The notes under the pieces are model-generated. The model was not told the origin of the DNA. It worked only from the letters and a program-made list of their open reading frames with translations, and did no database searches. Below, in pieces: positions 1 to 10,834 of a DNA stretch of 64,000 nucleotides (the first letter of the stretch is position 1; every line of letters begins with the position of its first letter). Origin of the DNA: Naegleria gruberi (lineage: Eukaryota); assembly GCA_000004985.1 (NCBI GenBank), contig GG738906.1, one strand, 5' to 3'. The position numbers and the translations under genes were made by a program.

Positions 1-17
1 ACTTTTTGGGTTAGAAT

Positions 18-732
18 TTAAATAAATACAACAAACATACCGAAAAACTTTCTAAAGAAATCGATCATTTCTTCTTGTTGGACAGATCCGTCACCATTTA
101 CATCAATTAAACCGAATACAACTGAAAAAAAGTCAAATGCTTAATAATCGTTTTTTCATAAAAACACTTACATCTTAAAATATCTTTTTCTTCTCCATAC
201 AATAATGTACTCAAACCTGTTGCAAGCTCTACAAAGTCAATAGCTCCATTTCCGTCAAGATCAAAAGCTTCATAAATTCTATGGAAAGCAGGCATTGAGT
301 TTTGAATATCAAATTTTTGGGAGAGAGTATTCTTAATAACATCAAAGAAGTTGTCCTTCTCCAACAAACCTTCTTCGTTACTTGCGTTTCTGAATTCTTC
401 CAATAGAATTTTTAACTCGATTTCTCCCACTAATTAGTTCATGTCTTGTAGATAACATACTTTGAAAACTTACTTTTGAGACTTTTTGTGAGGTCCTTGG
501 TTAAACTAGTTGTAGAAGCGGAACAAGTTGAACCACATTCGCTCATTGTATCTCCAGAGTCATCTAATGTATTTGTAGCTTGGAGTGTTGAAAGTTTAGG
601 TTTGGCTCTTCTTTTACTATTCATAAGATCGGCCAACAACATCTCTGAGGAGATTTCCTCACCTGGTGCTCTCTGAGGTACTTCATGTACCGATGATGCG
701 CGAGAGGAACGAGAAGCATTGGATCTTGGCAT
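18..732 (-). CDS. EF-hand calcium-binding protein (calcineurin-B/CHP-like) with an 85-aa S/T-rich N-terminal extension. 3 exons: 474..732, 172..429, 18..121. It may continue past the window edge.
   Basis: Two canonical EF-hand loops, DLDGNGAIDFVE and DVNGDGSVQQEE. Minus-strand introns 430..473 (gtaagt...ttag) and 122..171 (gtaagtg...tttcag) are phase-compatible. A stop lies at 18-20, but a gtatgt just upstream of it could be a further donor. Confidence 0.65.
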
Positions 733-1307
733 TTTTTAATGTAGTTTTCTGGAGATGGTGTAAGCGCCAATTCTTTGACTTCTTCCCCAATCATTTGTGA
801 GAGACATTTGTTATTTTCCATCACCACAAGTTAATTGTATTCTTTTAATACACTTCCAACAAGACTTTCCAAACAACAACACCTTTCATTATTAGAGAGG
901 GGTTATGATTGTTCTTCTTCTTCTTTCTTTTGTCTAAGGTCATCAAAACTACAACAATAACATTTTTGGGCGGGCAATAGGTGATTTATCACATGTTCCT
1001 TAATCAATTTAATATTTACAAACTGAAAACACAAAAATGAAACGAAATAAAAATTTTAAATATCAATATATCTAGATTATTCAAGAGGAGAAAACTCTCA
1101 CAAAATGAGTACATCTTTTATTTCATCAAGTTTTAAAAAGGTCCATAATTCTTCTAGCACTGCAACTCTATTGAGGCTCAAAGTAATTGGAAGGAAAGTT
1201 TGCTAAAGGAACAATCAATTAATTAATGGATGTCTACCTAAACAAGAAGAAAACAAATCTCAAGTCATTGTCTATTATTGTTTTAAACGGATAACTCATA
1301 AAAAAAA

Positions 1308-3218
1308 ATGTCAGTTGCCAAAAGCCCCACTAAAAAATTAAAATTTATTTGCTCTACTTCGTGTTCGGGACAAGAGCAAGAACGTGAACTTCTTGGACAC
1401 TATGAAAATGTAGAAACAAATGATAGAAGATTATTAAAAAAGAAGAGACAAGTTGATGAAACAATGGTACAACCATTGGAAGCTTCTCTACATCAACAAC
1501 AAACAGAAATAATTCTTGATGCTACATCAGCTGATCATCAAAATAATCAAACCGATACAATAATAGGAAATGATATTGGAAAGCCAACAAATTTCAAAAG
1601 AGGTATTCACATTGCCATTGATCATGAAAATGGAATTTTAAAAGGTTTGTTTAAAATAATAATCATCTCTCTTACACTTTCACCTCTTTGAAACCCTACT
1701 CTCTATATATACACACACAAACTAATCATATATTTCTATTTTATATATACACACTCTGTGCTCATATATAGGTGTTCCTGAACAATGGAGAGCCAAAGTT
1801 GGTGATGCACACTCATATGACAATTATCGTAAAATGACTGAAGATGAACCAATTGCACCTTATTTAATTCCCGATTTAGATCTAAATGCCGATTCCAAGA
1901 AGAAGAAGAATGATACAACAAGAACAACAACAACAGCACTTATTATTTCTGAACCACGTGAATTTACACATCACATTCATGTTGATTATAACCCTGAAAC
2001 TGGGTTTACTGGTTTACCAGATACTTGGAAAGAGATTTTAACTTCTGGTGTTAATGCAGGTCAAATTACAGTTGACGATGTTATGAATAATAAGGAAGAT
2101 GCATTAAGAATTGCAGAGGTAAGTTTAATTTCAACACGTAATTATATTATCATTTTTCAATGAATAATAATTTATTACACATATTTATTACAGTTTATTG
2201 ACAGTGGAATGACATTAGCACCTCTTAAAATTGATAAATTTCAAGGAGTCAAACAAAAAAGATTACCTGATTTTATTTCAATTGAAGATCCAACAAAGAT
2301 TTTTGAAAACATGATGCCAATAGATGAAGGATCAACAGGTGTTGTCATGATTGGAACTCACATCAAAACAGGATTGAAATGTGCATTGAAAAAAATTGAA
2401 ATTCAACAAACAACGAAATTGGAAGCTCTAGAAAATGAATTAACAATGATGGAATCATGTAAACATAATAATATTGTAGCATATATGGGAGCTTATCAAC
2501 ACAATAGTCATTTGTGGATTTCAATGGAACTTATGGACTGTGGGAAATTAACTGATCTCATCTATAAAACTATTCTAAGAGAGGATGAGATTGCATACGT
2601 TTTGAGAGAGACACTCAAAGCTTTGAAATATTTACACGACAATAACAAAATGCATAGAGATATTAAGAGTGATAACATTCTTGTTAACTCAAAAGGTGAA
2701 ATTAAATTAGCAGATTTTGGATTTTGTGTCGAGTTGAGTACCAAGAAGGAAAAACACAAGAGTACCGTAGGTACACCATTTTGGATGGTAAGTTATTCTC
2801 TTTTTTTTTCAAAATTCATACAAGTATCTATTAGGCTCCAGAAGGTTAGTTTCTTATTATTTATAACACTGTATCAAATTTCAAAAAAATAGTAATAAGA
2901 GCCATCGAGTATGGTCCTAATGTTGATATTTGGAGCTTGGGTATTATGGCTTTAGAAATGGCAGAAGGTGAGCCTCCTCTTATTGAACTTCCTGTTCTTA
3001 GGGCACTGTTTATAATTGCAACCCAAGGCCCACCAACATTAAAGGAACCACACAAATGGTCAGCCAATTTTAGTGACTTTTTATCAAGATGTTTGGTTAA
3101 GGATCCTATGGAGAGAGCATCATCCTCAGAATTATTGGAACACCCATTTTTAAAGATTGCTTGTGAACCACAAAAGATGGCCGACTTGATGAAAAAGTAT
3201 CACTTGTCAAAACACTAA
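1308..3218 (+). CDS. p21-activated kinase (PAK/STE20 family) Ser/Thr kinase with two tandem CRIB/PBD motifs. 5 exons: 1308..1644, 1772..2118, 2194..2787, 2835..2844 (micro-exon), 2893..3218.
   Basis: CRIB-like motifs [29 protein letters not shown] and [28 protein letters not shown]. Kinase motifs VAIKK-like [21 protein letters not shown] and GTPFWMAPE. APE is encoded by the 10-nt exon gctccagaag, flanked by ...tattag and gttagt... All junctions are GT-AG and in frame, and the downstream exon gives [29 protein letters not shown]. Confidence 0.85.
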
Positions 3219-3277
3219 TGTATTTTTAATGTAAATTATGTCAGAAAACTATCCAACAAGTTCATTTTACAAAAGTT

Positions 3278-6200
3278 TTACATATTTGCTTTCTTTGAGG
3301 ACACCAATCTTCCCTCTGACCAAACTTCGTCAAAGGACATGGAAAGTGTTTTTGAGTTTGGTGTTGCCAACCTTTTTTCTACATTATCTTTTGTTTCTAA
3401 TATTCCTACCCCGTGCTTTTTTCCTTTAAACCACTCCCCTCTATATTTAACTCCTGATGATAGCCCTTCAAAGAAGTAAATTCCCTTTCCTTGCTTTTGG
3501 TCGTTCACCCATTCACCATCATAAATATCACCATTGGCATAGGTAAAAGTTCCATGGCCTTGTCTCTTTCCGTCAACCACTTCTCCTTCATAGACACCTT
3601 CGAGATAAGTAATGATAGCCTTACCAGTTTGTTTATCCTTAGCCCACTCTCCTTCATACTTTGTAACACCATCTCCATAAGTTAAGGTACCTTCACCATG
3701 TCTACATCCTTTTTCGAATTCACCACAATATACAGAACCATCCCTAAAAGTAAATGTTCCCTTGCCATCTGGGAAATTATCAACAAAGTTGCCTTCATAC
3801 TTGTCACCAAGAGAAGTGTATTCAATTATTGCTTGTCCATTTTTTTTATCTTTCTCCCAATCACCAACGTGTGTGTAATTTGGAGTAAAATAATAGCCTT
3901 GCCCATGCCTATTATCGTCCAAGAGTTCCCCAGTATAGACAGATCCATCTGGATACTCTATTCTACCATAACCTGATTTTTTACCATTTACCCAAGAACC
4001 GTCATATGTTAGATCCGAACCTTTGTAAAAACCTTTACCATTAGGTTGACCTTTTCTGTCTAGTTCTCCACTATATTGTCCTTTTGCAAAATTAATATCT
4101 CCTCTAATAGGAGAGCTTGGTTCCTCCGCTATCTCATTTATCTGTGCTGCACTTTGATTGCCTTCTGTTGCACTATCATTTTCCTTATTAGCATCTGCTA
4201 ATATTTCTGCTTTTGGGGATTCTTTTTTTTCTGGTGTAATTGACTCAAGTTGATTAGTTTCATCATTAGAGGAGTTAGTTTGCAATGGTGTTAAATCTGT
4301 TGAGGCAGAAGGGGATAATGATTTTGGATATGTTATTTTTAAATTTGAATATTCTGGAGGAGGAGATAGTTGAGATTTTCTATTACTCTCCTCTTCGTCA
4401 TCATCCTTAATTAAAAGATTCCACTTTTTTGGAGATTCAAACGCTTTAAGAGTATCCTTGTTTTGTTTAAATCCGAGTTTGTGTTTTTTCTTTTTTTCTT
4501 GATTAAGTGATTTAAGTCTGGATGCAATAGGGGATTCGCTCCTTGAAAAATCTTCCTTAGTTAGTTTAGGGCTCTCATAAACAGGCATTTCAAGCCTGGT
4601 ATTAAGCATCTTTTCAAATGTGGTCTCCTCTTCGCTCTCTTCTGTTATTGGTGTATCTATAATATCACTACCATCAATATTATCAAAAGAAGTATCTGCA
4701 ATAATTTGTACAACGTCCTTAGGTCTTTCAGAAAAGACTGTTTGTGAAATATCATCTACTACATCATTTTCTTCCCCGTAACTAGATTCTGAAGAATCGG
4801 AATCATCCCCCGATGAGTTTGATGAAGACAAAATTGCTTTTGATGATTCCGAGTCTACTTCTTTTGCAACATTGGGTTTGCTTTCCTCTTGATTGGCATA
4901 ATGTGGAGGCTCATCAAATTCCTTAAGCGTTTTTTTGGAGGCTTCCATAGATGGTTCTTTTGCAGAGCGTTGTGCAGCACTATCAATGCCATTTGTTTTT
5001 TCTAGCTCAGTTGTGATTGGATAGAACGGTTCCTTTTTAGTTGCAGCATTAGAGATGTTTTGGATTTCGTTAGAGTGCAAGTTTTCATCATAGGTTTTGA
5101 GTTCCTCATCATCTGAAGAGGAGGAATCATTACTTGGTCCCTCATTGCTAAAGACAGAGTTTGAAATTTCGTCTTTTGGAGACTCATTCTTTGCTTCATT
5201 AGGATGTGTAAATTGTTCAATTGGAATAGACTTGGGAATGATTAAATCTTCATTCATTTTAGCATTTCTAGAATCACTTACATCCTTTACTTTTTCTAAA
5301 TAAATTGTTGGCTCTTCTTTATGTTCCTTGCTTGGCACATATGTAGGGCAATTTTCTGTTAATAAGGGTTTGTTTTCAATACTTGAGCGGTCTGAATTGA
5401 CATCTTCTTGTGTCTGGTTATTTTGTTCCTGAACAACTTGTTTGGCAGGGTTAGGAGTCCTAGGACTGGAAGCTTCTCCCTTCTCAATTTCAGTAATATC
5501 TTGCTGAGAAATAGAAGTAACTTTTTGTTTAGACTGATCAGGATTAATTACTGAGTGAGATTGAATCTCTTCCGTAGCTGATTGGTTCTCCATAGAGCTT
5601 GGTTGTTGTGTTTCATCAGTTTGTTCCGAATGTTGTTTAACATCCATCAGATGGTTATGTTCATTAATTGATGTGTTTTTGGTTGAAAGGTATGTTTCTT
5701 GGGCTTGGGTTGAATTAATTACTGGATCTTGTCTTGATTCCTTTCTTGGTTTTGAGTCATCGAACGACATGGAGGCAACTTCGTGGTGAATGATTTGTTT
5801 TTCATCCTCAGATAGGTCGCTTGGTAACTCTGACAATGAATCAAGATCTAAATTTTGCGGTATATGGTTTTCTGAGCTTGAAGACTTACTCTCAGGTTCT
5901 TGCAATGAAACTTCCACTACTGTGGAAACTTTGTTCTTCTCTTGCAGATGTTCATCTTCGTTAATTGATACAGGAGGATCTTGTTTGACTTGAGGAGAGG
6001 AAGAATGGCTTTTAGCCTCAACAATTTTTAAAGTCTTTTCTTTTAACTTTTCAAAATTAGTTTTTGGTTTTGGTTGTGGAATTTCAGGTTCTGAAACAAT
6101 AGGATGTCCTACCCTTTCAGTATCTTGAGCTAGTGGTTCGTTGCATATATTCTCTTCCTCTGTTGAATAATCGCTCTCAGATGTAGATTCGCCATTGATA

Positions 6201-7810
6201 GCATCTTCATCTGTGATAGATTCCGAAGAATCAGAGATGATATTTTTCTTTGAATCTGTTTGAACAACAGGAGCAGACTGAGTTCCAGAGGAGACTTTAG
6301 ATGAGTTTTGTTTTTCAACTGGTGGATCAGATTGTTCTGTAGGCGATCTAGATGTTGGTTTCGAATGGAGAGGGATTGGTTTCGTTTCCTCCTCAATCTC
6401 TTCTATTTTACATACAGTTTCCTCCTCTCTAACAGGTTCCTCATAAATAATCTCAATACCCTTATATTGTTCAGATCTTGATTTTCTAGGTTCTTCAATG
6501 GTAATTTCATCTTGGTTTTCGAAATAGGTTTCATCAATATATTTGGACATGTCATCACTTTGAGATTTTACTGTCTTTTCCTTGTGAGTTGGTTTTTTGG
6601 GAATGGATTCCTTCTTTTTTGATTTTTTAGGTTCCTTCTTATTCTTGTTATATTTCTTTTTGTTTTGAGCTTCAGCAATGCTAATTGTGCTTCTGTTGCT
6701 GGTGGTAGGCTCTACTTGAGCTGAAGTTTGTAAATCACTATTTTTCTTTCTATTCTTTTTCTTTTTTGGTTTTTCAAGAGATTCTGAAGCTACTCTCATT
6801 GGAAGGTTTGGGACATATTCATATCGTTGATTTATCCATTCATCATCAAGTTTTTCTTCGTCTTTTTTTGAGATAACTTCAACAATGATTTCGTCTTCAT
6901 CAGTGCTTGTCAATGTTTCTTCAGCAATAGTAACTGTTCCCTTATCTCTTATTTTTACAATTCTCCTGGGATACATATCATCAGATTCCACATTTGGTAT
7001 GTAAGATTCTGGTTCAACAGGATCTGTTTGAGTGCTTGCATCGATTTCAAAATCTGGAGTTTGAGTTTGAACCTCTCTTTCATTCAAAGTTTGTCTAACA
7101 AGAAAAACTTCTTGCGAGGTTCTGTCGTAAACTACATCTACACTTGGCGATTTGAATCCTTGTTTGATCGCCTCTTTCATCAATTCAACTTCCTTAGCAT
7201 CCCCATGAATACGCTTCCCAAACATATTATCAATGACAGGAGGAATTTCTGTTCCTCTGGAATAAAGCTTAGTTTTGGAATAAATGAGACTCGGGTTAAT
7301 ATCTATTGATGTTTTCACCATTGCGTTTTTTCCTTGTTCAGCAACTTGCTGTTTCTTTTTCCTTTCTTCATCTTCCTCTCTCTGTGATATATAACTCATA
7401 TATTCTTGGGAGTGAAAAGTTGGTTTATCGGTAGGGTGATGAGAATCTACAAGTGGTTTGTAGGAAGAACCAGAAGAGAAAAACTTTTCTTTTAGTGGTG
7501 ACGAAATGGAAGGAAGTGTAAGGGAGAGCTCGGCTTGTCTCGATCTTAACGACTCATCAAAGGTGCTCACGTTTGAGTTTGGTGTATTCAAAGAACTCTT
7601 TGGCAAACTTGTTTTTGAGCCAGTAGTACTAAAACTAGAAAAGGGAGAATTTAAAATCGAAGAAAATGAAGGTGATAAATCCAATCTAGGTGGAGCAAAA
7701 TAAGATGATTCCTTCTTTCTTAAAATGTCATCCCTATTGTTCGTTGACGAGGAAAACGTTGAAAAGGGGGACGAAAAAGAAGGAGAGGAGAACTGATAGT
7801 CTCTGCTCAT
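3278..7810 (-). CDS. MORN-repeat protein, 1510 aa. About 1100 aa of S/E/K-rich disordered N-terminus precede 8 or more C-terminal MORN repeats.
   Basis: Single long ORF. The C-terminus carries repeated YxGxWxxGxxxGxG units (YEGEWAKDKQTGKA, YDGEWVNDQKQGKG, YRGEWFKGKKHGVG and others). The N-terminus is low-complexity with KKKK/EEE runs. Confidence 0.8.
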   Translation of the reverse strand: MSRDYQFSSPSFSSPFSTFSSSTNNRDDILRKKESSYFAPPRLDLSPSFSSILNSPFSSFSTTGSKTSLPKSSLNTPNSNVSTFDESLRSRQAELSLTLPSISSPLKEKFFSSGSSYKPLVDSHHPTDKPTFHSQEYMSYISQREEDEERKKKQQVAEQGKNAMVKTSIDINPSLIYSKTKLYSRGTEIPPVIDNMFGKRIHGDAKEVELMKEAIKQGFKSPSVDVVYDRTSQEVFLVRQTLNEREVQTQTPDFEIDASTQTDPVEPESYIPNVESDDMYPRRIVKIRDKGTVTIAEETLTSTDEDEIIVEVISKKDEEKLDDEWINQRYEYVPNLPMRVASESLEKPKKKKNRKKNSDLQTSAQVEPTTSNRSTISIAEAQNKKKYNKNKKEPKKSKKKESIPKKPTHKEKTVKSQSDDMSKYIDETYFENQDEITIEEPRKSRSEQYKGIEIIYEEPVREEETVCKIEEIEEETKPIPLHSKPTSRSPTEQSDPPVEKQNSSKVSSGTQSAPVVQTDSKKNIISDSSESITDEDAINGESTSESDYSTEEENICNEPLAQDTERVGHPIVSEPEIPQPKPKTNFEKLKEKTLKIVEAKSHSSSPQVKQDPPVSINEDEHLQEKNKVSTVVEVSLQEPESKSSSSENHIPQNLDLDSLSELPSDLSEDEKQIIHHEVASMSFDDSKPRKESRQDPVINSTQAQETYLSTKNTSINEHNHLMDVKQHSEQTDETQQPSSMENQSATEEIQSHSVINPDQSKQKVTSISQQDITEIEKGEASSPRTPNPAKQVVQEQNNQTQEDVNSDRSSIENKPLLTENCPTYVPSKEHKEEPTIYLEKVKDVSDSRNAKMNEDLIIPKSIPIEQFTHPNEAKNESPKDEISNSVFSNEGPSNDSSSSDDEELKTYDENLHSNEIQNISNAATKKEPFYPITTELEKTNGIDSAAQRSAKEPSMEASKKTLKEFDEPPHYANQEESKPNVAKEVDSESSKAILSSSNSSGDDSDSSESSYGEENDVVDDISQTVFSERPKDVVQIIADTSFDNIDGSDIIDTPITEESEEETTFEKMLNTRLEMPVYESPKLTKEDFSRSESPIASRLKSLNQEKKKKHKLGFKQNKDTLKAFESPKKWNLLIKDDDEEESNRKSQLSPPPEYSNLKITYPKSLSPSASTDLTPLQTNSSNDETNQLESITPEKKESPKAEILADANKENDSATEGNQSAAQINEIAEEPSSPIRGDINFAKGQYSGELDRKGQPNGKGFYKGSDLTYDGSWVNGKKSGYGRIEYPDGSVYTGELLDDNRHGQGYYFTPNYTHVGDWEKDKKNGQAIIEYTSLGDKYEGNFVDNFPDGKGTFTFRDGSVYCGEFEKGCRHGEGTLTYGDGVTKYEGEWAKDKQTGKAIITYLEGVYEGEVVDGKRQGHGTFTYANGDIYDGEWVNDQKQGKGIYFFEGLSSGVKYRGEWFKGKKHGVGILETKDNVEKRLATPNSKTLSMSFDEVWSEGRLVSSKKANM

Positions 7811-8010
7811 TTTTTTGGATAATATTAAGGTTAGTGGTGCTCCTTGTACGGCTACTATTGGCGCAAAATTGAAACTTAAAATTATTAATACAAATTATTA
7901 AAAAAAATATTACGTTAAAAAAGTCACAACAAGATTAAATTGATTCTAATGGATAATTATTAATCATCAAATATTAATTATTAATTATCTATCAACAGTC
8001 ATTTAAAATT
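7811..8010. promoter_or_regulatory. A 200-bp AT-rich divergent intergenic region between the MORN gene (-) and the Kelch-SAM gene (+). Presumed bidirectional promoter.
   Basis: The start codons of two oppositely oriented genes lie 200 bp apart. The composition is extremely AT-rich, with poly-A/T runs. Confidence 0.4.
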
Positions 8011-10776
8011 ATGATAAACTCAGCCACTGAAGAAGAGGAGGAGGAATACATTTTAGCCAACTCGGACACACCCACAAATGTTAGGAGGAGAAGACTATGG
8101 GCTATTCCAAGTCCTTCCTTAGGTATTTCACCATCTGCACGTTGGGGTCACTGCTCTGTGTTATTGCACCATCACAATATAAATTCTTTCCATCCAACTT
8201 TAATGATATTTGGAGGATTTGATGGTTCGAACATGTTGAATGACATACACCTCTTTGATTCTGTTACCAACACTTGGAGTCAACCATCTAAAACGTTTGG
8301 AACAATACCATCAGCAAGATCTGGACATTCCACAACACTATTGACAAAAGAGAAAGGGAAAATATTATTGATTGGAGGAGGTAATGGCGTCCATTATTTA
8401 GCAGATTTAGTTCTACTTGAAGTTGTTAGCGAGGAAGATGAAGAATGGAAGAAGGAATCACAATTATTAGGTAATAATTCAGGAATTAAATGTATGAATA
8501 TGTTTAGATGGTCTCGACCTAAAGTATCAAGTCGTGTTAGAGTTTACATTTCTGATGATGACATTATTCTAACAGAGGAACAGTTTCAAAAGTTACAAGA
8601 GGAAATTAACAATAGTAAGAATAACCCTTCTGAAATATCGGAAGATGATCAAAACCCACTTGTTTCATCGAAGGTTGTTGAACAGTATATTAAAGCAAAT
8701 CAATCTGGAACAACAGAAGATTTGATTGGTTTTGGAAATCCATCACATCACGAACAATTAGATTCTCTAAATTTTACTATGAAAGAAATATATCCAGCTC
8801 CTAGAAGCAGACATACAGCCGTTGCTACTGAAGATGGCAGCAAAGTTATTGTATTTGGTGGTGGTGGTAAAAATCGAATTTTTGATGATGTATGGGTATT
8901 TCATGTACAGGAAATGGAATGGAGTCAACCTCAAGATTCTACAAATAAGCCTTGCCCAAGATGGGGTCACTCTGCTTGTATACATTCAGGTAAAATGTTT
9001 GTGTATGGTGGAGTTTTCAAGTCAAGCATGTTGAATGATTTATATTCTCTAGATTTGAATACCTTTGTTTGGACTAAAATTGAATTACCAACTTCAGATC
9101 CCATTCCTTCTCCAAGAGCAGCTCATACTGCCAACTTGGTTCTCGGTAGATATTTGTTAATTTTATGGGGAGGTGATGATATGAAATATTTGGATGATAT
9201 ATATATTTTTGATCTAAAAACTAATAGTGGAAAGAGAATATCATTTAAAAGTCCAAAAGCAAGATGTGCACATACATCTTGTCTTGTTGATGATAATTAT
9301 CTATTTGTATTTGGAGGAGGAGGAAGCCATCAAAGATTTAAAGAGCTTTATTTGTTCGATATCAAGGCAGCACTTGAAAAGGTTGGAATTTATGAAAATT
9401 TTGGATATGAATCTGATGATGAGTTTGAAGAAAATTTCAGTACCGATTTTTCAGATTATCTATGCCTTTCTCAATATTTGGATAAAGCCTCTCAATCATT
9501 CTTGGAGGTGAGGAGCGATATAAAAGTAGAAGGAAATGTTAATAATTTGGAGGAGAGATCCGAAAACACTCCTAACGTAACTGGAGACCCTAATATACCC
9601 TCGAGTGCAACATCTGTCTCTTCTGGAAAATCATCAAAAACAAGAAGAAAGAGATCCAGTTCAAAGAAAAAAACTTTGAGTAATATTTCAAATGGTAGTA
9701 TTTCTAATGATATGATGGCTTTCAGTAGTAAGGATATTAAGGAAGTAACCAATTGGTTAGTTAACTTGGGTCTAGGTAGATATGCAAATATGTTTGTACA
9801 AGAGGAAATAGATTTAGAGTGTATACCACTTCTTACTGACACAGACTTATTCAAACTTGGAATTTCTAAATTCGGTCCAAGAAAGAAAATTCTAGACGCT
9901 GCAAAGAAAATTACAAAATCATCTGAATCCGAGTCGGCTAACCACCACATTCATTCTAGGTCAACAAGTAATTTAAGTGAGACGTTACATTTGGAAAATA
10001 ACTCTCATGCCATTATTCAAAGTATGAGCTCTCTGAATATTACCTGTGACGGTATTAAGGATACTCTAAAATCACTTTCCTCAAACATATCAAATCTCAC
10101 ACTCATTCTGTCTAACCCATTCTATGGTTTTAGACATCCAACAGCTGTTGCTATTTCAATGCATAACAATACTAATACCTCATTTTCAAATGGAATTCCT
10201 ACAAATGTTCCACCCCAGCCTTCAACCCCTTCTACATCTACAAACAGTCAACCACCACTTTCACCTAGACAATCCAATTACTCTGTATCAATGTTTAATC
10301 AAAATATTCCACCTCCACCACCTAATCTTAGTCCAGTGTTTATTTCAAGACCCAGAAACACATCAGCTGTTGTGACTCCAATAGCTACATCCACTAGTAC
10401 ACCATTCAAAAGAAGTAATCCTAATTCTACTAGTAATAGTATCCTCATTCCAACCAAAGAATACCCAAATAGTTCAGCCATAAAATCTGATTCCAATTCT
10501 TCTTCTTTTGGAGGAAATATGGTTGAACCACAATATTCCCCAATATCACCCCCTCTTACTGGTATTGTTCCAATACCCCCACCTCCAACTAATGTACCAA
10601 TTCTGAAAAAGAAACGTAAACGAAAACCAAGGAAAAATGGAACATTCTCACAACAATCAAAAGATTTTGAAAACACCAATGATGAATCTCCTGAATTACC
10701 GTCTTTCTCAGCAGGAGAAAGTTGGTTTGATGTGACAGAAAAAGATTTAGAACAAGATTCAGAAAATGAAAATTAA
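8011..10776 (+). CDS. Kelch-repeat beta-propeller plus SAM-domain protein, 921 aa, with a Pro/Ser-rich C-terminus and a basic NLS (KKKRKRKPRK).
   Basis: Multiple kelch-type blades (WGHCSVLL...IFGGFDG...LNDIHLFD, RSGHSTTLL, RSRHTAVAT, RWGHSAC, RAAHTAN, RCAHTSC). SAM-like VTNWLVNLGLGRYANMFVQEEIDLECIPLLTDTDLFKLGISKFGPRKKILDAAKKI. Confidence 0.8.
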   Translation: MINSATEEEEEEYILANSDTPTNVRRRRLWAIPSPSLGISPSARWGHCSVLLHHHNINSFHPTLMIFGGFDGSNMLNDIHLFDSVTNTWSQPSKTFGTIPSARSGHSTTLLTKEKGKILLIGGGNGVHYLADLVLLEVVSEEDEEWKKESQLLGNNSGIKCMNMFRWSRPKVSSRVRVYISDDDIILTEEQFQKLQEEINNSKNNPSEISEDDQNPLVSSKVVEQYIKANQSGTTEDLIGFGNPSHHEQLDSLNFTMKEIYPAPRSRHTAVATEDGSKVIVFGGGGKNRIFDDVWVFHVQEMEWSQPQDSTNKPCPRWGHSACIHSGKMFVYGGVFKSSMLNDLYSLDLNTFVWTKIELPTSDPIPSPRAAHTANLVLGRYLLILWGGDDMKYLDDIYIFDLKTNSGKRISFKSPKARCAHTSCLVDDNYLFVFGGGGSHQRFKELYLFDIKAALEKVGIYENFGYESDDEFEENFSTDFSDYLCLSQYLDKASQSFLEVRSDIKVEGNVNNLEERSENTPNVTGDPNIPSSATSVSSGKSSKTRRKRSSSKKKTLSNISNGSISNDMMAFSSKDIKEVTNWLVNLGLGRYANMFVQEEIDLECIPLLTDTDLFKLGISKFGPRKKILDAAKKITKSSESESANHHIHSRSTSNLSETLHLENNSHAIIQSMSSLNITCDGIKDTLKSLSSNISNLTLILSNPFYGFRHPTAVAISMHNNTNTSFSNGIPTNVPPQPSTPSTSTNSQPPLSPRQSNYSVSMFNQNIPPPPPNLSPVFISRPRNTSAVVTPIATSTSTPFKRSNPNSTSNSILIPTKEYPNSSAIKSDSNSSSFGGNMVEPQYSPISPPLTGIVPIPPPPTNVPILKKKRKRKPRKNGTFSQQSKDFENTNDESPELPSFSAGESWFDVTEKDLEQDSENEN

Positions 10777-10834
10777 AGATATTGTCATCATTTAATTTTT
10801 TTTAAATTAAAATTTTATTTATATTTTTAAAAAA

